Shown in pieces: positions 1 through 9,987 of a DNA stretch of 64,000 bases. A program made the position numbers and the translations under genes. The stretch's first letter is position 1. Each line of letters begins with the position of its first letter. The stretch is taken from contig JBHOSQ010000002.1 of NCBI GenBank assembly GCA_042584585.1, positions 12,806 through 76,805 of the forward strand. Direction: 5' to 3'. Source of the stretch: an archaeon (GTDB lineage Archaea > B1Sed10-29 > WALL01). The notes under the pieces are model-generated. The model was not told the DNA's origin and searched no databases. It was given only the letters and a program-made list of their open reading frames with translations.

Positions 1-213
1 AAACTCGCTGACAAAAAGACGAAGGAACGGATAAAAAAGAAGATTCTTGAGATAGCGACACGCCCCCAGCTAGGTAAGCCATTAAGATTTTCATTGAGGG
101 GTGACCGCGTGGTGCGAATTCCACCGTTCAGACTTATTTACTCGGTGAAAGGTGACACCCTTTACTTACACGGCTTCAGCCACCGAAAACACGCTTACTC
201 CAAAGCGGCATAG
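1..213 (+). CDS. RelE/ParE (StbE-like) type II toxin, C-terminal part (5' end outside the window; not in the ORF track)
   Basis: Frame 1 reads KLADKKTKERIKKKILEIATRPQLGKPLRFSLRGDRVVRIPPFRLIYSVKGDTLYLHGFSHRKHAYSKAA*. The GKPL..L.G.R..R...FRLIY...HRK..Y pattern is typical of RelE. Overlaps the 3' end of the convergent glycosyltransferase by 19 nt. Confidence 0.8.
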   Translation, partial: KLADKKTKERIKKKILEIATRPQLGKPLRFSLRGDRVVRIPPFRLIYSVKGDTLYLHGFSHRKHAYSKAA

Positions 214-1304
214 AGCTTGTCGTATCCCCGTGCCGTGTGGTCCCAGGTGAAGTTTTCCTTGACCCGCTTTCTGCCGGCGCGGCCCATGCGCTTTGCCTTG
301 TCGGGAGTGGAGAGAATGGAGTTGACTGCTTCTGCCAGTGCGGCTGGGTCCCGGGGCTGGACGAGGCTGCCGACTTCTGGAGTGACCACTTCGGGGACAC
401 CGCCGACACTCGTGCCAATCACCGGAGTCTCCATGGCCATTGCCTCCACAAGGGCCATGCCGAACGGCTCGTACAACGAGGGTAATACGAATGCTTTGGC
501 GGCGCCGTATAGGCACGCCAGCTTCTGCTCGCTCACAGGCTTCGTGATGAACGTCACGTTGTCCGGCGCAAGCTTCGCCAATTTTTCCTTCTGCTTGCCA
601 CGGCCCAAAATAACAAGGCGGGCGTCGATGTTGCTCGCCGCCTCCAGCAAATACTTGAAGCCCTTCTGCTCCACAAACCGGCCGTTCGAAAACACGAAGT
701 CGCCGAACTCCGAGAGTGTCGGGGAGCAGTCCATCTTGGGGTCGTAGTCCTCAAGGTTCACGCCGTTGTAGACGACCGACGCCTTGTCCCAATACTCCTC
801 GGGAAGCGTGGTCTCGAGAGTGTTTTTGGACACCGCTGCGATGCGGTCGCACTGGCCGAAAATCTTTTCGCCGAAGAAGTCGTCGTAAAACGAGCCCGCC
901 GCGTCTGTAATCGGGTCGATGCCCTGCGGCCGCGCATTGTGCAGTGTGAGGCAAACGTGCTTCCCCCTCTTCTTCAGGGCCTTGAAGCTGTTCACCGAAT
1001 AAGTGAAGCGGTTGTGGAAATGGAACAAGTCGTTGTACTTCGCCTGCTTGCGGATGACCGCGTCCCCGTGAGGGGCCAAAGGCATCGGCGGCGGCAGCGG
1101 ATGGGGGAGATATGTTAGTACAAGGGCTCGGGCGCGGATTATTTCCATGCCCTCAATGACTTCGCGGCGCGGTGCTTTTGGATAGCGGTACGTGAGCACG
1201 GTCACGTGGTGCTTTTTGGCCAGCCTTCGGCCGACCTCGAAAATGTGCTTCTCGGTCCCCCCCATGTACGGGAAAAAGAACGGGTTGACCATACATATGT
1301 TCAT
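195..1304 (-). CDS. Glycosyltransferase family 4 (GT-B fold)
   Basis: MNICMVNPFFFPYMGGTEKH N-terminus, GRFVEQKG, and EPFGMALVEAMA (Ex7E) motif. Start moved from 1370 to the ATG at 1304, which removes the overlap with the divergent gene. Confidence 0.9.
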   Translation of the reverse strand: MNICMVNPFFFPYMGGTEKHIFEVGRRLAKKHHVTVLTYRYPKAPRREVIEGMEIIRARALVLTYLPHPLPPPMPLAPHGDAVIRKQAKYNDLFHFHNRFTYSVNSFKALKKRGKHVCLTLHNARPQGIDPITDAAGSFYDDFFGEKIFGQCDRIAAVSKNTLETTLPEEYWDKASVVYNGVNLEDYDPKMDCSPTLSEFGDFVFSNGRFVEQKGFKYLLEAASNIDARLVILGRGKQKEKLAKLAPDNVTFITKPVSEQKLACLYGAAKAFVLPSLYEPFGMALVEAMAMETPVIGTSVGGVPEVVTPEVGSLVQPRDPAALAEAVNSILSTPDKAKRMGRAGRKRVKENFTWDHTARGYDKLYAALE

Positions 1305-1352
1305 CCCACTCTTTTTGGCGATGATATTTAAATACGTAAAGCCAAAGGAAGA
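1305..1352. promoter_or_regulatory. Divergent promoter region with a central palindromic TATA-like box (TATTTAAATA, 1325-1334)
   Basis: 48-bp gap between divergent starts at 1304 and 1353/1356; the AT-rich box lies about 20-30 nt from each start. Confidence 0.5.
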
Positions 1353-2693
1353 GTGATGTTCCCGAGCCACATCTTCAGGGCCTACGATATACGGGGCAAA
1401 TACGGCGAAGACCTCACCGAAGAAATAATGGAAAACATCGGCAAAAGCCTCGGCACAATGGTTCTCGAGCGCGGGCTCAAGAGCGTGGTAGTCGGCAGGG
1501 ACACACGATGGACCTCACCCCCAATGGCAGAAGCGCTAAAGAAAGGCCTCTTGCAGGCACCCGTCGAAGTATTCGACTGCGGGGAAACAAGCTTCGGCGC
1601 CGCAGTGTACTGCGCCCAGCACCACGGGAAAGACATTTGCGCGTACGTGACCCCGTCTCACCTGCCAGCAGACCACAACGGCCTCAAAGTGTTTTATGGA
1701 ACGGGATTGTCGTTCATGTCGAAAGACATTGCCGAACTCGGGAAAAGGACAAAATCACAGGAATGGACATTGGGCGAGGGAAAAGACGGTGGGGAGCTGG
1801 ACCCAAAAGCGCCGTACATGGACCTGGTCAAAACAAACTTTGACTGTGCCGGAGTGAAGTGTGTGCTGGACTGCGGGGGCGGGGCAACGACCACAACACA
1901 CCCCGAGCTTTTCAAGGCATTGGGCATGGAAGTCACGGAACTGTTCTGCGAGAAAGACCCACAGCTAAAAGTCAGGGACCCCAAGCCAAGCGAGGAAACG
2001 ATTGGGGCATTGATTGCGAAGACACGGGAGTTGGCGGAGGGATTCGGAGTCGCGTTCGACGCGGACGGCGACCGCGCGGTGCTGGTGGACGAGCAAGGCA
2101 AGGTTTTGTCCGCGGACCAGTGCGCGGGAATAGTGGTGAAGCGATTGCTGGCGAAAGAAAAAGGCGCGGTGATCGCCACGGTCGAGTGCTCGATGGTCGC
2201 CGAAGACTACTTGAGGCCAATGGGCGCCGAAGTGGTGCGGGTGCCGGTGGGGCACACGTTCATCATGGAAGCAGGAAAAAAGTATAACGCTTTACTGGGG
2301 TACGAGGACAGCGGGCACATGGCCATGCCACGGATTGCATTGTTCGACGACCCCGTGTTTGTCGTGCTGTCGATTGCCGAGGCAATGAAAAACGAGGGGA
2401 AAAAGCTGAGTGAGCTTGCTTCCGAGGTGCCGACTTACCCGAGGAAGCGCGTCACGATTGAAGTGGGGGACGACAAGAAATTCGCGCTCATCGAAAGCCT
2501 GAAGCAAAAAATGGCCGGCGACAACGTGAACACCATGGACGGAGTGCGCGTTGAGTTTGACGACGGGTGGGTGTTGATTCGCGCGTCGAACACAGAGCCC
2601 ATTGTGCGGCTGACTGTTGAAGCCAAGACGCAGGCTCGCGTGGACGAGCTCGCCGAAGAGTTCTCGAAAGTGCTCGAGGAAGCGGCCGGATGA
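1353..2693 (+). CDS. Phosphomannomutase/phosphoglucomutase (alpha-D-phosphohexomutase)
   Basis: IFRAYDIRG start, phosphoserine loop TPSHLP (variant of TASHNP), metal loop DADGDR, VPVGH, C-terminal RASNTEP. Confidence 0.92.
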   Translation: MMFPSHIFRAYDIRGKYGEDLTEEIMENIGKSLGTMVLERGLKSVVVGRDTRWTSPPMAEALKKGLLQAPVEVFDCGETSFGAAVYCAQHHGKDICAYVTPSHLPADHNGLKVFYGTGLSFMSKDIAELGKRTKSQEWTLGEGKDGGELDPKAPYMDLVKTNFDCAGVKCVLDCGGGATTTTHPELFKALGMEVTELFCEKDPQLKVRDPKPSEETIGALIAKTRELAEGFGVAFDADGDRAVLVDEQGKVLSADQCAGIVVKRLLAKEKGAVIATVECSMVAEDYLRPMGAEVVRVPVGHTFIMEAGKKYNALLGYEDSGHMAMPRIALFDDPVFVVLSIAEAMKNEGKKLSELASEVPTYPRKRVTIEVGDDKKFALIESLKQKMAGDNVNTMDGVRVEFDDGWVLIRASNTEPIVRLTVEAKTQARVDELAEEFSKVLEEAAG

Positions 2694-3751
2694 TAGTCGT
2701 CGGCGCCGGGCCAGCCGGACTGCTCTGCGCAAAAGAAGCCGCGTCACTCGGCGCGAAAGTAACTGTTTATGAAGAGCACAAGGAAGTCGGGGAGCCCGTG
2801 AAATGCACCGGCTTGATTTCCAAAAAAGGGCTGGACAAGCTCGCCGTCGGCTACGAAGACTCGGTCTTGAACGAGTGCCGCGGAGCGCGCTTCTACTCGC
2901 CCAACGGCACGGAGCTCGAGGTAAAAAAAAGCGGGCCAGTCGCGCTTGTTGTGGACCGCGCCGTGCTCGACAAAGCCATTGCCGAAGAAGCACAGTCAGA
3001 AGGCGTGGAAATAATCACCGGGAAAAAATGGGAAGGCAAATGTGACGTCGCGGCAGACGGGCCGCTGAGTAAGTGGGGGCCGAAGAGGCAATACGTTCAT
3101 GCGTACCAAGTCACCGCGGACCTGGAAAAAGAAACCGACTTTGTCGAAATCCACTGGACCCCAGAATTCTTTGCGTGGGTCGTGCCCGTAAACAACAAGG
3201 AATGCAGGGTCGGAATCGGGGTACGAACTGGGCGTTGGCCGGAGGGCAACGCCATGGCCCCGGGCAACCCCAAAGAGGCATTGATGAAGTGGCTGCACTC
3301 CAAAAAAATGGAGCTGGAATACGACAACGAAGCGAGCGCCTTAATCCCGTTGTTCGACAATTCTCCTGCGGTGGTGGACGGCACCTGCCTCGTGGGCGAC
3401 GCGGCCGCGCACGTCAAGGCAACCACGGGAGGCGGCGTGGCAATCGGCGGGTTCAACGCCAGGATTTGCGGCGCGGTGCTTGGGGAGAACAGAAAACCGG
3501 CGGACTACGAGGCGCTGTGGCGCGAGGAATATGGCAAGGACCTGGGCATGCACCGCAGGATAAGAAACATGCTCGACAAAATCCCGCCAAGCGAAATGGA
3601 CGGCTTGTTTGAGTTGGCCAACTCGGAGGGCCTGGCGAAGACAATCGAAAGGCACGGCGACATGGAACGCCCGTGGCCGCTGCTGAACGCATTGATGCAG
3701 AAGCCGGGGCTCGCCATGAAAATGATGAAGTACGCGAAGTACCTTCAATAG
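2690..3751 (+). CDS. Geranylgeranyl reductase family FAD-dependent oxidoreductase
   Basis: VVGAGPAG Rossmann motif, PVKCTG (PxxCxG), DRAVLD, FAWVVP, LVGDAAAHVKATTGGG. Confidence 0.85.
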   Translation: MIVVGAGPAGLLCAKEAASLGAKVTVYEEHKEVGEPVKCTGLISKKGLDKLAVGYEDSVLNECRGARFYSPNGTELEVKKSGPVALVVDRAVLDKAIAEEAQSEGVEIITGKKWEGKCDVAADGPLSKWGPKRQYVHAYQVTADLEKETDFVEIHWTPEFFAWVVPVNNKECRVGIGVRTGRWPEGNAMAPGNPKEALMKWLHSKKMELEYDNEASALIPLFDNSPAVVDGTCLVGDAAAHVKATTGGGVAIGGFNARICGAVLGENRKPADYEALWREEYGKDLGMHRRIRNMLDKIPPSEMDGLFELANSEGLAKTIERHGDMERPWPLLNALMQKPGLAMKMMKYAKYLQ

Positions 3752-4866
3752 TGCTTCTTGATTATTCCGACCGCGTGGTCCATCTGTTCTTTTGTCACGT
3801 CCAGTGCCGGGTATAGGACCATGCGGCTGTCCATCACAGACGTAATCAGCCGGTCACCCAAGCACTTGTCCCAAATCTGCTTATTCTTCACGCCGAAGCC
3901 GATGCACAAGCCCTTTCCAGAGGGCTCGCAGAACTCGGACAGTTGCTTCATCAAGTAGTCGCCGCTTTCCGCCGAGCGCTGCACCAAGTTGTTCTTCTCG
4001 ATGTAATTGATGTTGGCAAGCGTGGCCTCGACACTGACTGGGAGCCAGCCGAAAGTAGAGTAGTTGCTGAACTCGAAGCGCATGGTCTCCGCGACCTCGG
4101 GCGTCGCAATGGCCGCGCCGATTCCCGCGTAGCCAGACGAAAAGCCCTTGGCTACCGTCATCACGTCGGGGCTAAGGTTGTAATGTTCTGTCGCGAACCA
4201 CTTGCCCGTACGGCCGAAGCCGGTGGCGACCTCATCCATAATGAACACGGTGTTGGTTTCCTTGCACGCCTCCTGGACCGCATCGAAAAAGGATTGCGGC
4301 GGGAGGACGACGCCAAGGTTGCAGATGATTGGCTCGGAAATGAACGCGGAAATTGTCTCTGTCTTGATTTCCTTGACCGCTTTTTCAGTGGTGGCCTCCC
4401 AGTCGTCAACTGTGAGGCGGATGGTCGGGGGATACGGGCCGAACTTTTCCTCGTGCGTGCCCACCAAAGACAGGCAGGAAAAAGACTGGCCGTGGTAAGC
4501 GCCATCGAACGCCATGAACTTCTCGCGGCGGTTGAACGCACGGGAAATCTTCATCGCGAGCTCGACCGCTTCTGTGCCGCCGGTCGCGCGGAAGCTCTTC
4601 TGGAGCTTGCCCGGAGTGAGCTTAGCCAAGCGCTTGGCGAGTGCGTCCCAGGGCAAATAAGTCGCGCGGGGAATCACGTAATTGGGCCCCTTGAACTCGC
4701 GGACGGCTCGGTTGATTTCTTTCTTGTTCCAGCCCGCGTTGCCAACACACCAGCCCATGATAAAGTCCAGGAACTTGATTGGGCCAGCCTTTAGGTAGCT
4801 GCCCTCCGAGCCCGTGATTGGCACTGGGGAGTCCAGCTTGTCCCTGAACAAGTACTCGTCAAACAT
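3745..4866 (-). CDS. Class III PLP-dependent aminotransferase (ArgD/GabT-like; substrate not determinable)
   Basis: GGTEAVE, AYHG, EPI, DEVATGFGRTG, PLP lysine in VAKG, STFG. Confidence 0.88.
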   Translation of the reverse strand: MFDEYLFRDKLDSPVPITGSEGSYLKAGPIKFLDFIMGWCVGNAGWNKKEINRAVREFKGPNYVIPRATYLPWDALAKRLAKLTPGKLQKSFRATGGTEAVELAMKISRAFNRREKFMAFDGAYHGQSFSCLSLVGTHEEKFGPYPPTIRLTVDDWEATTEKAVKEIKTETISAFISEPIICNLGVVLPPQSFFDAVQEACKETNTVFIMDEVATGFGRTGKWFATEHYNLSPDVMTVAKGFSSGYAGIGAAIATPEVAETMRFEFSNYSTFGWLPVSVEATLANINYIEKNNLVQRSAESGDYLMKQLSEFCEPSGKGLCIGFGVKNKQIWDKCLGDRLITSVMDSRMVLYPALDVTKEQMDHAVGIIKKHY

Positions 4867-4870
4867 GCAA

Positions 4871-6079
4871 TCACTCTTTTAGGCGCCTCACGGCTTCCTC
4901 GACGTCCTCGCGGTGGCCGAACGCGCTGAACCGCAGGAAACCCTCGCCCGCCGGGCCGAACCCCGAGCCGGGAGTCGTCACGACGTGCTTCTTTTCCAGC
5001 AACTCCTCGAACGCGTCCCACGAAGACTTGTTTGGGATGCGGGCCCAGATGTAAGGCGAGTTGACCCCGCCATAATTCTCGTAGCCAATGGACGTCACGG
5101 CCTCCTTAATCAGCCGCGCGTTTTCCATGTAAAAGCCAATCGTTTCATTCATCTCGCGGAGGCCCTGCTCGGTCAACGCGTTGCACACGCCGGCCTGCAC
5201 AATGTTGGACGCTCCGTTGAAAATCGTGGTCATCACCCGGTTCCAGTCCTTGATGACAGGGTGGCCGTCGTCGAACTTCAATTCACTTGGGACGACCGTC
5301 CAGCCGAGCCGGACGCCCGTAAAGCCAAGCGGCTTCGAGAACGAGCCAACCTCGATGGCGACCTCACGCGCGCCGACGACCTCGAAAATCGAGCGCGGCA
5401 AGTCCTTGTCGCGGATGAAGTCGCGGTACGCGGAATCGAAAATGATTATTGATTTGTTTTTCTTTGCGAACTCGACCAGCTCGGTTAATTGGTCCTTCGT
5501 AGAGACCGCGCCCGTCGGGTTGTTCGGAGAACAAAAGTAGATTAAGTCTGTTCGCGGAGTGTTTTCCAGGTCCGGGAAAAAATCGTTTTCGGGATTGCAC
5601 GTCATGTAAGTGATGCCGTCGAAATGCTTTTGGGCCTGGCTGTAATCACCGGTCTGCCCCATCATCACGCTGCCGTCGACGTAAACCGGGTAAGCCGGGT
5701 CCTGGACCGCAACCGTTGCCGAGCTGCCGAACATCAGCTGTATGCGGCCGATGTCGCACTTCGCGCCGTCCGAGACAAAGACTTCTTCCGCAGACGCAAG
5801 ATTGGGGTAAAAAGTCTTGGCGATTTTCCCGCGCAGCGCGGTAAGGCCCTGCTCGTCGCCATAGCCTGAATAGCCCTCGTGCGTGCCCAATCCCTCGGCC
5901 GCCTCGCGAAGCGCATTGGTGATGCACGGCGACAAAGGCTCCGTGGTGTTGCCGATGCCAAGGCTGATTACCTTTGCGTTCGGGCTCTTTTCCAGCAACG
6001 CGTTCTTCCGCCTGTTGATTTCCGGGAACAAATATCCCGCCTGAAGCTTTGCAATGTCCTTGTTTCGCTCGACCATCAA
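4871..6079 (-). CDS. dapL: LL-diaminopimelate aminotransferase
   Basis: AGYLFPEI, ISLGIGNTTEP, SDGAKCD, CSPNNPTG, DSAY, SFSK..GFTGVRLG, TPGSGFGPAGEGF; lies in the dap operon. Confidence 0.95.
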   Translation of the reverse strand: MMVERNKDIAKLQAGYLFPEINRRKNALLEKSPNAKVISLGIGNTTEPLSPCITNALREAAEGLGTHEGYSGYGDEQGLTALRGKIAKTFYPNLASAEEVFVSDGAKCDIGRIQLMFGSSATVAVQDPAYPVYVDGSVMMGQTGDYSQAQKHFDGITYMTCNPENDFFPDLENTPRTDLIYFCSPNNPTGAVSTKDQLTELVEFAKKNKSIIIFDSAYRDFIRDKDLPRSIFEVVGAREVAIEVGSFSKPLGFTGVRLGWTVVPSELKFDDGHPVIKDWNRVMTTIFNGASNIVQAGVCNALTEQGLREMNETIGFYMENARLIKEAVTSIGYENYGGVNSPYIWARIPNKSSWDAFEELLEKKHVVTTPGSGFGPAGEGFLRFSAFGHREDVEEAVRRLKE

Positions 6080-6879
6080 ATCACCCCATCAAACACGAAC
6101 TCGGCAGAGCCGGTCATGTAAACATGATTGTCCTCCGACCACTCAATGCCAAGGTCGCCCCCGGCCAAGTGGACCGTTATGCCGCGGTTGGTCTTGTTGT
6201 TCAAGACACACGCCACCCCCACCGCAGAAGCCCCTGTGCCACACGCCAAAGTCTCCCCCGCACCGCGCTCCCACACGCGAACCTCCACCTCATCCTCGTT
6301 AAGCACCTTCACGAACTCCGTGTTGATGCGGTTGGGAAAAGATGAATGGTTCTCGAAAAGGGGCCCGAGCACAGGCAGGTCAAAGCCCAAGTCGTCCGCA
6401 AACACGACGCAGTGCGGGTTGCCCATCGAAACCAAAGTGACCTTGAACGGCCTTTCGCCGACGTTCAATTCGTGGGCAATGACCTTGTCCATTCCGAAGT
6501 TCCAGTTCTTGGACTGCAATCGCGGCTCGCCCATGTCCACCTTCACGCGGTCGCCCACGATTTCCGGCTTGATAATGCCCCCGAGTGTCTCGACGGTTAT
6601 TTTCTTCTTGTCCGTGAGCCCACGCTCGTGGGCAAAGCGCGCGAGGCAGCGGATTCCGTTGCCGCACATCTCTACTTCGCCCCCGTCATGGTTCAAGATG
6701 CGCATCTTGAAGTCCGCGGAATCACTTTTGTCAATGAGCAGTATCTGGTCGCAGCCAACCCCAAAGTGGCGGTCCGCTATTTTTTTGGCGAACGCGTTAA
6801 GATCCGCCGGAAGGGTTTCCTCCATCGCGTTGATGACCACAAAATCGTTTCCGGCCCCGTGCATCTTCGTGAACTTCAC
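6076..6879 (-). CDS. dapF: Diaminopimelate epimerase
   Basis: FTKMHGAGNDF, EMCGNGIRC, GNPH, ERGAGETLACGTG. Confidence 0.97.
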   Translation of the reverse strand: MKFTKMHGAGNDFVVINAMEETLPADLNAFAKKIADRHFGVGCDQILLIDKSDSADFKMRILNHDGGEVEMCGNGIRCLARFAHERGLTDKKKITVETLGGIIKPEIVGDRVKVDMGEPRLQSKNWNFGMDKVIAHELNVGERPFKVTLVSMGNPHCVVFADDLGFDLPVLGPLFENHSSFPNRINTEFVKVLNEDEVEVRVWERGAGETLACGTGASAVGVACVLNNKTNRGITVHLAGGDLGIEWSEDNHVYMTGSAEFVFDGVI

Positions 6880-8090
6880 TGTGACTCACCAAGGACTTGG
6901 TTGATTAATTCGCCGTTGGACAAGCGGCGGCGGGACAGCCGGGCGTCGCCGTTGAACACAAATATCTCGGCCGGCATCGGGCGAAGGTTGTACACCCCAC
7001 CCATTGAATAACAATAAGCGCCAGCGTTTTCTATCACCAGGAAATCCCCTTCCCGGATTTCCCGCAGCTCACGGTCCGACGCGAACACGTCGCCCGTCTC
7101 ACAAATGTTGCCGGCAACATCATACCTCTTGAAGCCGCCGTCCGGATTTGAGGCATTGACAATCTTGTGGTAAGCGTCATAAAACACCGGGCGAATCAGC
7201 TGCGGGAAGCCCGAGTTCGTGCCGGCGATTAAGCGGCCGTTGTTGTTCTTCAAAGTGTTCACCTGGACGACCAGGTAGCCGGACTCGGCGACAATGTACT
7301 TGCCAGGCTCGAAGCACATCTCGATCTCGCGGCCGTACTCATTGCAGAACTCGGAAAAAATCTCGGTGATTCTCCTGCCGAAAGCAACGTAATCAATGCG
7401 CTTTTCGTCCTCCTTGTAAGGCACCTTGAACCCTCCGCCGAAGTCGATGAAGCGCAGGTCAGGAAAGTCCTCGCGCTTCGCGATTGCCAGCAAGTTGCCC
7501 ATGCTCTGGTAGACCTTGTCTGTTTCGGCTATCCCCGAGCCGGTGTGCTCGTGCAAGCCAACCACGCGAAGGCCGTGGCGCGCGACTATCTCCTTTACCT
7601 TCAGGACGTCCTGCCGAAGAATCCCGAACTTGGTCAAGTCACCGCCGGTTTGTACAAATTCGAACTCACCGGCGACAACGTCCGGGTTGAACCGCAGGCA
7701 AACCTCGGTGTTTGGAAACGCCGCGCCGTACTTCTCGAGGCGGGACAAAGAGCCGATGTTGAACAAGACACCAAGCCCGGCGACCTCATGCATTTCTTGC
7801 TCGGTCAGGTTGTTCGCGGTGTACAGAATCCGTTCTTTGGGGAAGCCGAGCCTCAATGCCATCTGCACTTCCGCGGGGCTCACCGCGTCGACAAACGCGC
7901 CGTTCTCGGCCAGCGTCTTGAGGATGGATGGGTTGTAGTTCGCCTTCATCGCGTAATAAATCTTTAGCTTCGGCCAGTTGATGAACTCGTGCAGCTCGAT
8001 GTAGCGCTGCAGCACCATGTCGCCGTCGTACACGTACAGCGGAGAGCCATACTCCTGGGCCAAGGAAATTAATTTGTTGTGGTCAATCAC
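6876..8090 (-). CDS. lysA: Diaminopimelate decarboxylase
   Basis: GSPLYVYD, YAMKAN (PLP lysine), KFG, HEHTGSG, DFGGG, EPGKY, ICETGD, GAY. Start placed at GTG 8090, overlapping the asd stop (GTGA); the extension to 8462 is overlap with asd. Confidence 0.95.
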   Translation of the reverse strand: MIDHNKLISLAQEYGSPLYVYDGDMVLQRYIELHEFINWPKLKIYYAMKANYNPSILKTLAENGAFVDAVSPAEVQMALRLGFPKERILYTANNLTEQEMHEVAGLGVLFNIGSLSRLEKYGAAFPNTEVCLRFNPDVVAGEFEFVQTGGDLTKFGILRQDVLKVKEIVARHGLRVVGLHEHTGSGIAETDKVYQSMGNLLAIAKREDFPDLRFIDFGGGFKVPYKEDEKRIDYVAFGRRITEIFSEFCNEYGREIEMCFEPGKYIVAESGYLVVQVNTLKNNNGRLIAGTNSGFPQLIRPVFYDAYHKIVNASNPDGGFKRYDVAGNICETGDVFASDRELREIREGDFLVIENAGAYCYSMGGVYNLRPMPAEIFVFNGDARLSRRRLSNGELINQVLGESQ

Positions 8091-9100
8091 TTGAAAACAC
8101 CTTTTTCGATTAAAGCTTCCGCGATTTGCACCGCGTTCAAAGTCGCGCCCTTCAAGAGCTGGTCGCCGCACACGAAAAACTCGATTCCGTGGTCGCCGAA
8201 CACGAGGTTGCGGCGGACCCTTCCGACTTCGACGTCGTAATTGTTGGACGCCGTGAGGGGCATTGGGTAAACATTTTCTGCCGGAGAGTCCTTCAGCACG
8301 ATGCCTGGAGTATTGGCGAACAAATCGCGCACCTCCTCGGGCGAGGCTGGCTTTTCTGTTTCGACAACAATGCTCTCGGCGTGCGCGCGGAAAGTTGGGA
8401 TGCGCACGCAAGTGCAGCTGATTGGGATGTCCACGCCGCCGAAGATTTTCCTCGTCTCCCACACAACCTTCATCTCCTCGCGCGTGTACCCGTTCTCCCC
8501 GAACGAGTCAATGTGCGGAATCACGTTGAACGCGATGGGGTGCTGGAAAGCCTCGTGGGACGGGGGTTTTCCGTCCAAGTGGTTGCGCGTTTCCGTTTCT
8601 AGTTCTTGCATGCCCTTGGCGCCCGCGCCGCTCGTGGATTGATAGGTGGAAATGAATACTTTCTTTAGGCCGTACTTTTGGTGGAGCTGCCACAAAGGAA
8701 TTGCCGCGATTGCGGTCGTGCAGTTCGGGTTAGCGATTAAGTGGGAGTCACCGATTGCGTCTGCGTTTATTTCGGGGACCACGAGGGGGACGTTGTCGTC
8801 GTAGCGGAAGGCCGACGAGTTATCGATTACATAGCACCCCGCAGCAATGGCCTGGGGCGCTTTTTCCTTGGGCCAGCCCCCGCCGATTGCGAAAAACGCC
8901 AGGCCGATTCCCGAGAAGTCCGTGGAATTGGCGTCCTCGATGGTGATGTTTCCGAAAGGAGTTTCAACTGCTTTGCCGGCCGAGCGCTCCGAGGCGAACA
9001 GGCGCAGCGAGCCCACCGGGAACTTACGGTCCGCTAGGACCTTAATCAATTCCTGGCCGACGCTGCCCGTCGCCCCGAAGACACCGACCGTGACGCCCAT
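8087..9100 (-). CDS. asd: Aspartate-semialdehyde dehydrogenase
   Basis: GATGSVG, IDNSSAFR, ANPNCTT, STYQSTSGAG, CVRIP, DQLLKGATLNAVQIAE. Confidence 0.96.
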   Translation of the reverse strand: MGVTVGVFGATGSVGQELIKVLADRKFPVGSLRLFASERSAGKAVETPFGNITIEDANSTDFSGIGLAFFAIGGGWPKEKAPQAIAAGCYVIDNSSAFRYDDNVPLVVPEINADAIGDSHLIANPNCTTAIAAIPLWQLHQKYGLKKVFISTYQSTSGAGAKGMQELETETRNHLDGKPPSHEAFQHPIAFNVIPHIDSFGENGYTREEMKVVWETRKIFGGVDIPISCTCVRIPTFRAHAESIVVETEKPASPEEVRDLFANTPGIVLKDSPAENVYPMPLTASNNYDVEVGRVRRNLVFGDHGIEFFVCGDQLLKGATLNAVQIAEALIEKGVFK

Positions 9101-9987
9101 TAAACCAGTCCCAGTTCCTTGAGCGCCGCGTCGACCGTTTGCTTGCTAGAGTCCTGCATCTCGCACATCGGCATGCGGTAAGCGCCGCCAGCCAAGCCCA
9201 TCTTGGTGCAGATGTACTTGATGGGAATTGGGTTGGTCTCGATGAACGCGATGCGCGCCATCGGTACGATGACGTCGTAGTGCATTTTTCGGGCTGACTC
9301 GAAGTCGCCCTTCAGCCCGTAGTTCACGAACTCGACCACCTTGTCAGGGATTGCGTTGCTGATTACCGAGACAACGCCCTTTCCGCCAAGAGACAGGATT
9401 GGGAGCACCATGCCGTCGTCGCCGCTGAGGACCGTGAAGTCCTGCTTGTTCGCAACCTGGTCAATCACGTCGCCCATCTGGTTGATGTTGCCCGACGCCT
9501 CCTTGACCGCGACAATGTTGTCGATTTGCGCGAGGCGCTTGAGGATAGGCGTCTCGATGTTCTTGCCTGTGCGGCCCTGGATGTTGTACACCATTATGGG
9601 AATGTCCACCGATTCTGCGACGGCCTTGAAGTGGCGGTAAATGCCTTCCGGGGTGGGCTTGTTGTAGTACGGCGTGACTACCAATGCCACGTCGGCGCCG
9701 AGCTCCGCGGCGTGCTTCGTGTTCTCGATGGCCTTGGCCGTGTTGTTGGTTCCGGTGCCGACCATAACGAACGCGCCGCCCTTTTCCTCGATAGTAATCT
9801 GGATTATTTTTTCCTGCTCCTCTGCGGAGAGGGTTGGAGTCTCGCCAGTCGTGCCGAGCGCGAGCAAGCCGTTTATCCCGTTCTTCACCTGGTTCTGGAC
9901 GTTCGACCTGACTCCGTCGTAGTCAACCTCTCCGTTGTCGAGGAAAGGCGTTATCAATGCAGTTGTAGCTCCTTCAAACATTTTCAT
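9100..9987 (-). CDS. dapA: 4-hydroxy-tetrahydrodipicolinate synthase
   Basis: TALITPF, GTTGE, TPYYNKP, YNIQGRTG, KEASG, SGDD, ETNPIPIK. Confidence 0.96.
   Translation of the reverse strand: MKMFEGATTALITPFLDNGEVDYDGVRSNVQNQVKNGINGLLALGTTGETPTLSAEEQEKIIQITIEEKGGAFVMVGTGTNNTAKAIENTKHAAELGADVALVVTPYYNKPTPEGIYRHFKAVAESVDIPIMVYNIQGRTGKNIETPILKRLAQIDNIVAVKEASGNINQMGDVIDQVANKQDFTVLSGDDGMVLPILSLGGKGVVSVISNAIPDKVVEFVNYGLKGDFESARKMHYDVIVPMARIAFIETNPIPIKYICTKMGLAGGAYRMPMCEMQDSSKQTVDAALKELGLV

Noticed and set aside
1649-1666. Non-canonical TPSHLP loop suggesting an inactive phosphohexomutase
   Set aside because: The catalytic Ser-His and the DxDxDR metal loop are intact, so this is ordinary sequence variation.
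2923-2930. A8 homopolymer as a phase-variation tract in the GGR gene
   Set aside because: It is short, in frame (Val-Lys-Lys-Ser) and in a housekeeping gene; there is no sign of slippage.
8091-8462. 124-aa N-terminal extension of LysA (likewise the extensions of GT4, dapB, lysC, flavin reductase, DHS and the 835-aa ATPase)
   Set aside because: These are open frames overlapping neighbouring genes or promoters; family-typical N-termini start at the downstream codons given in the features.
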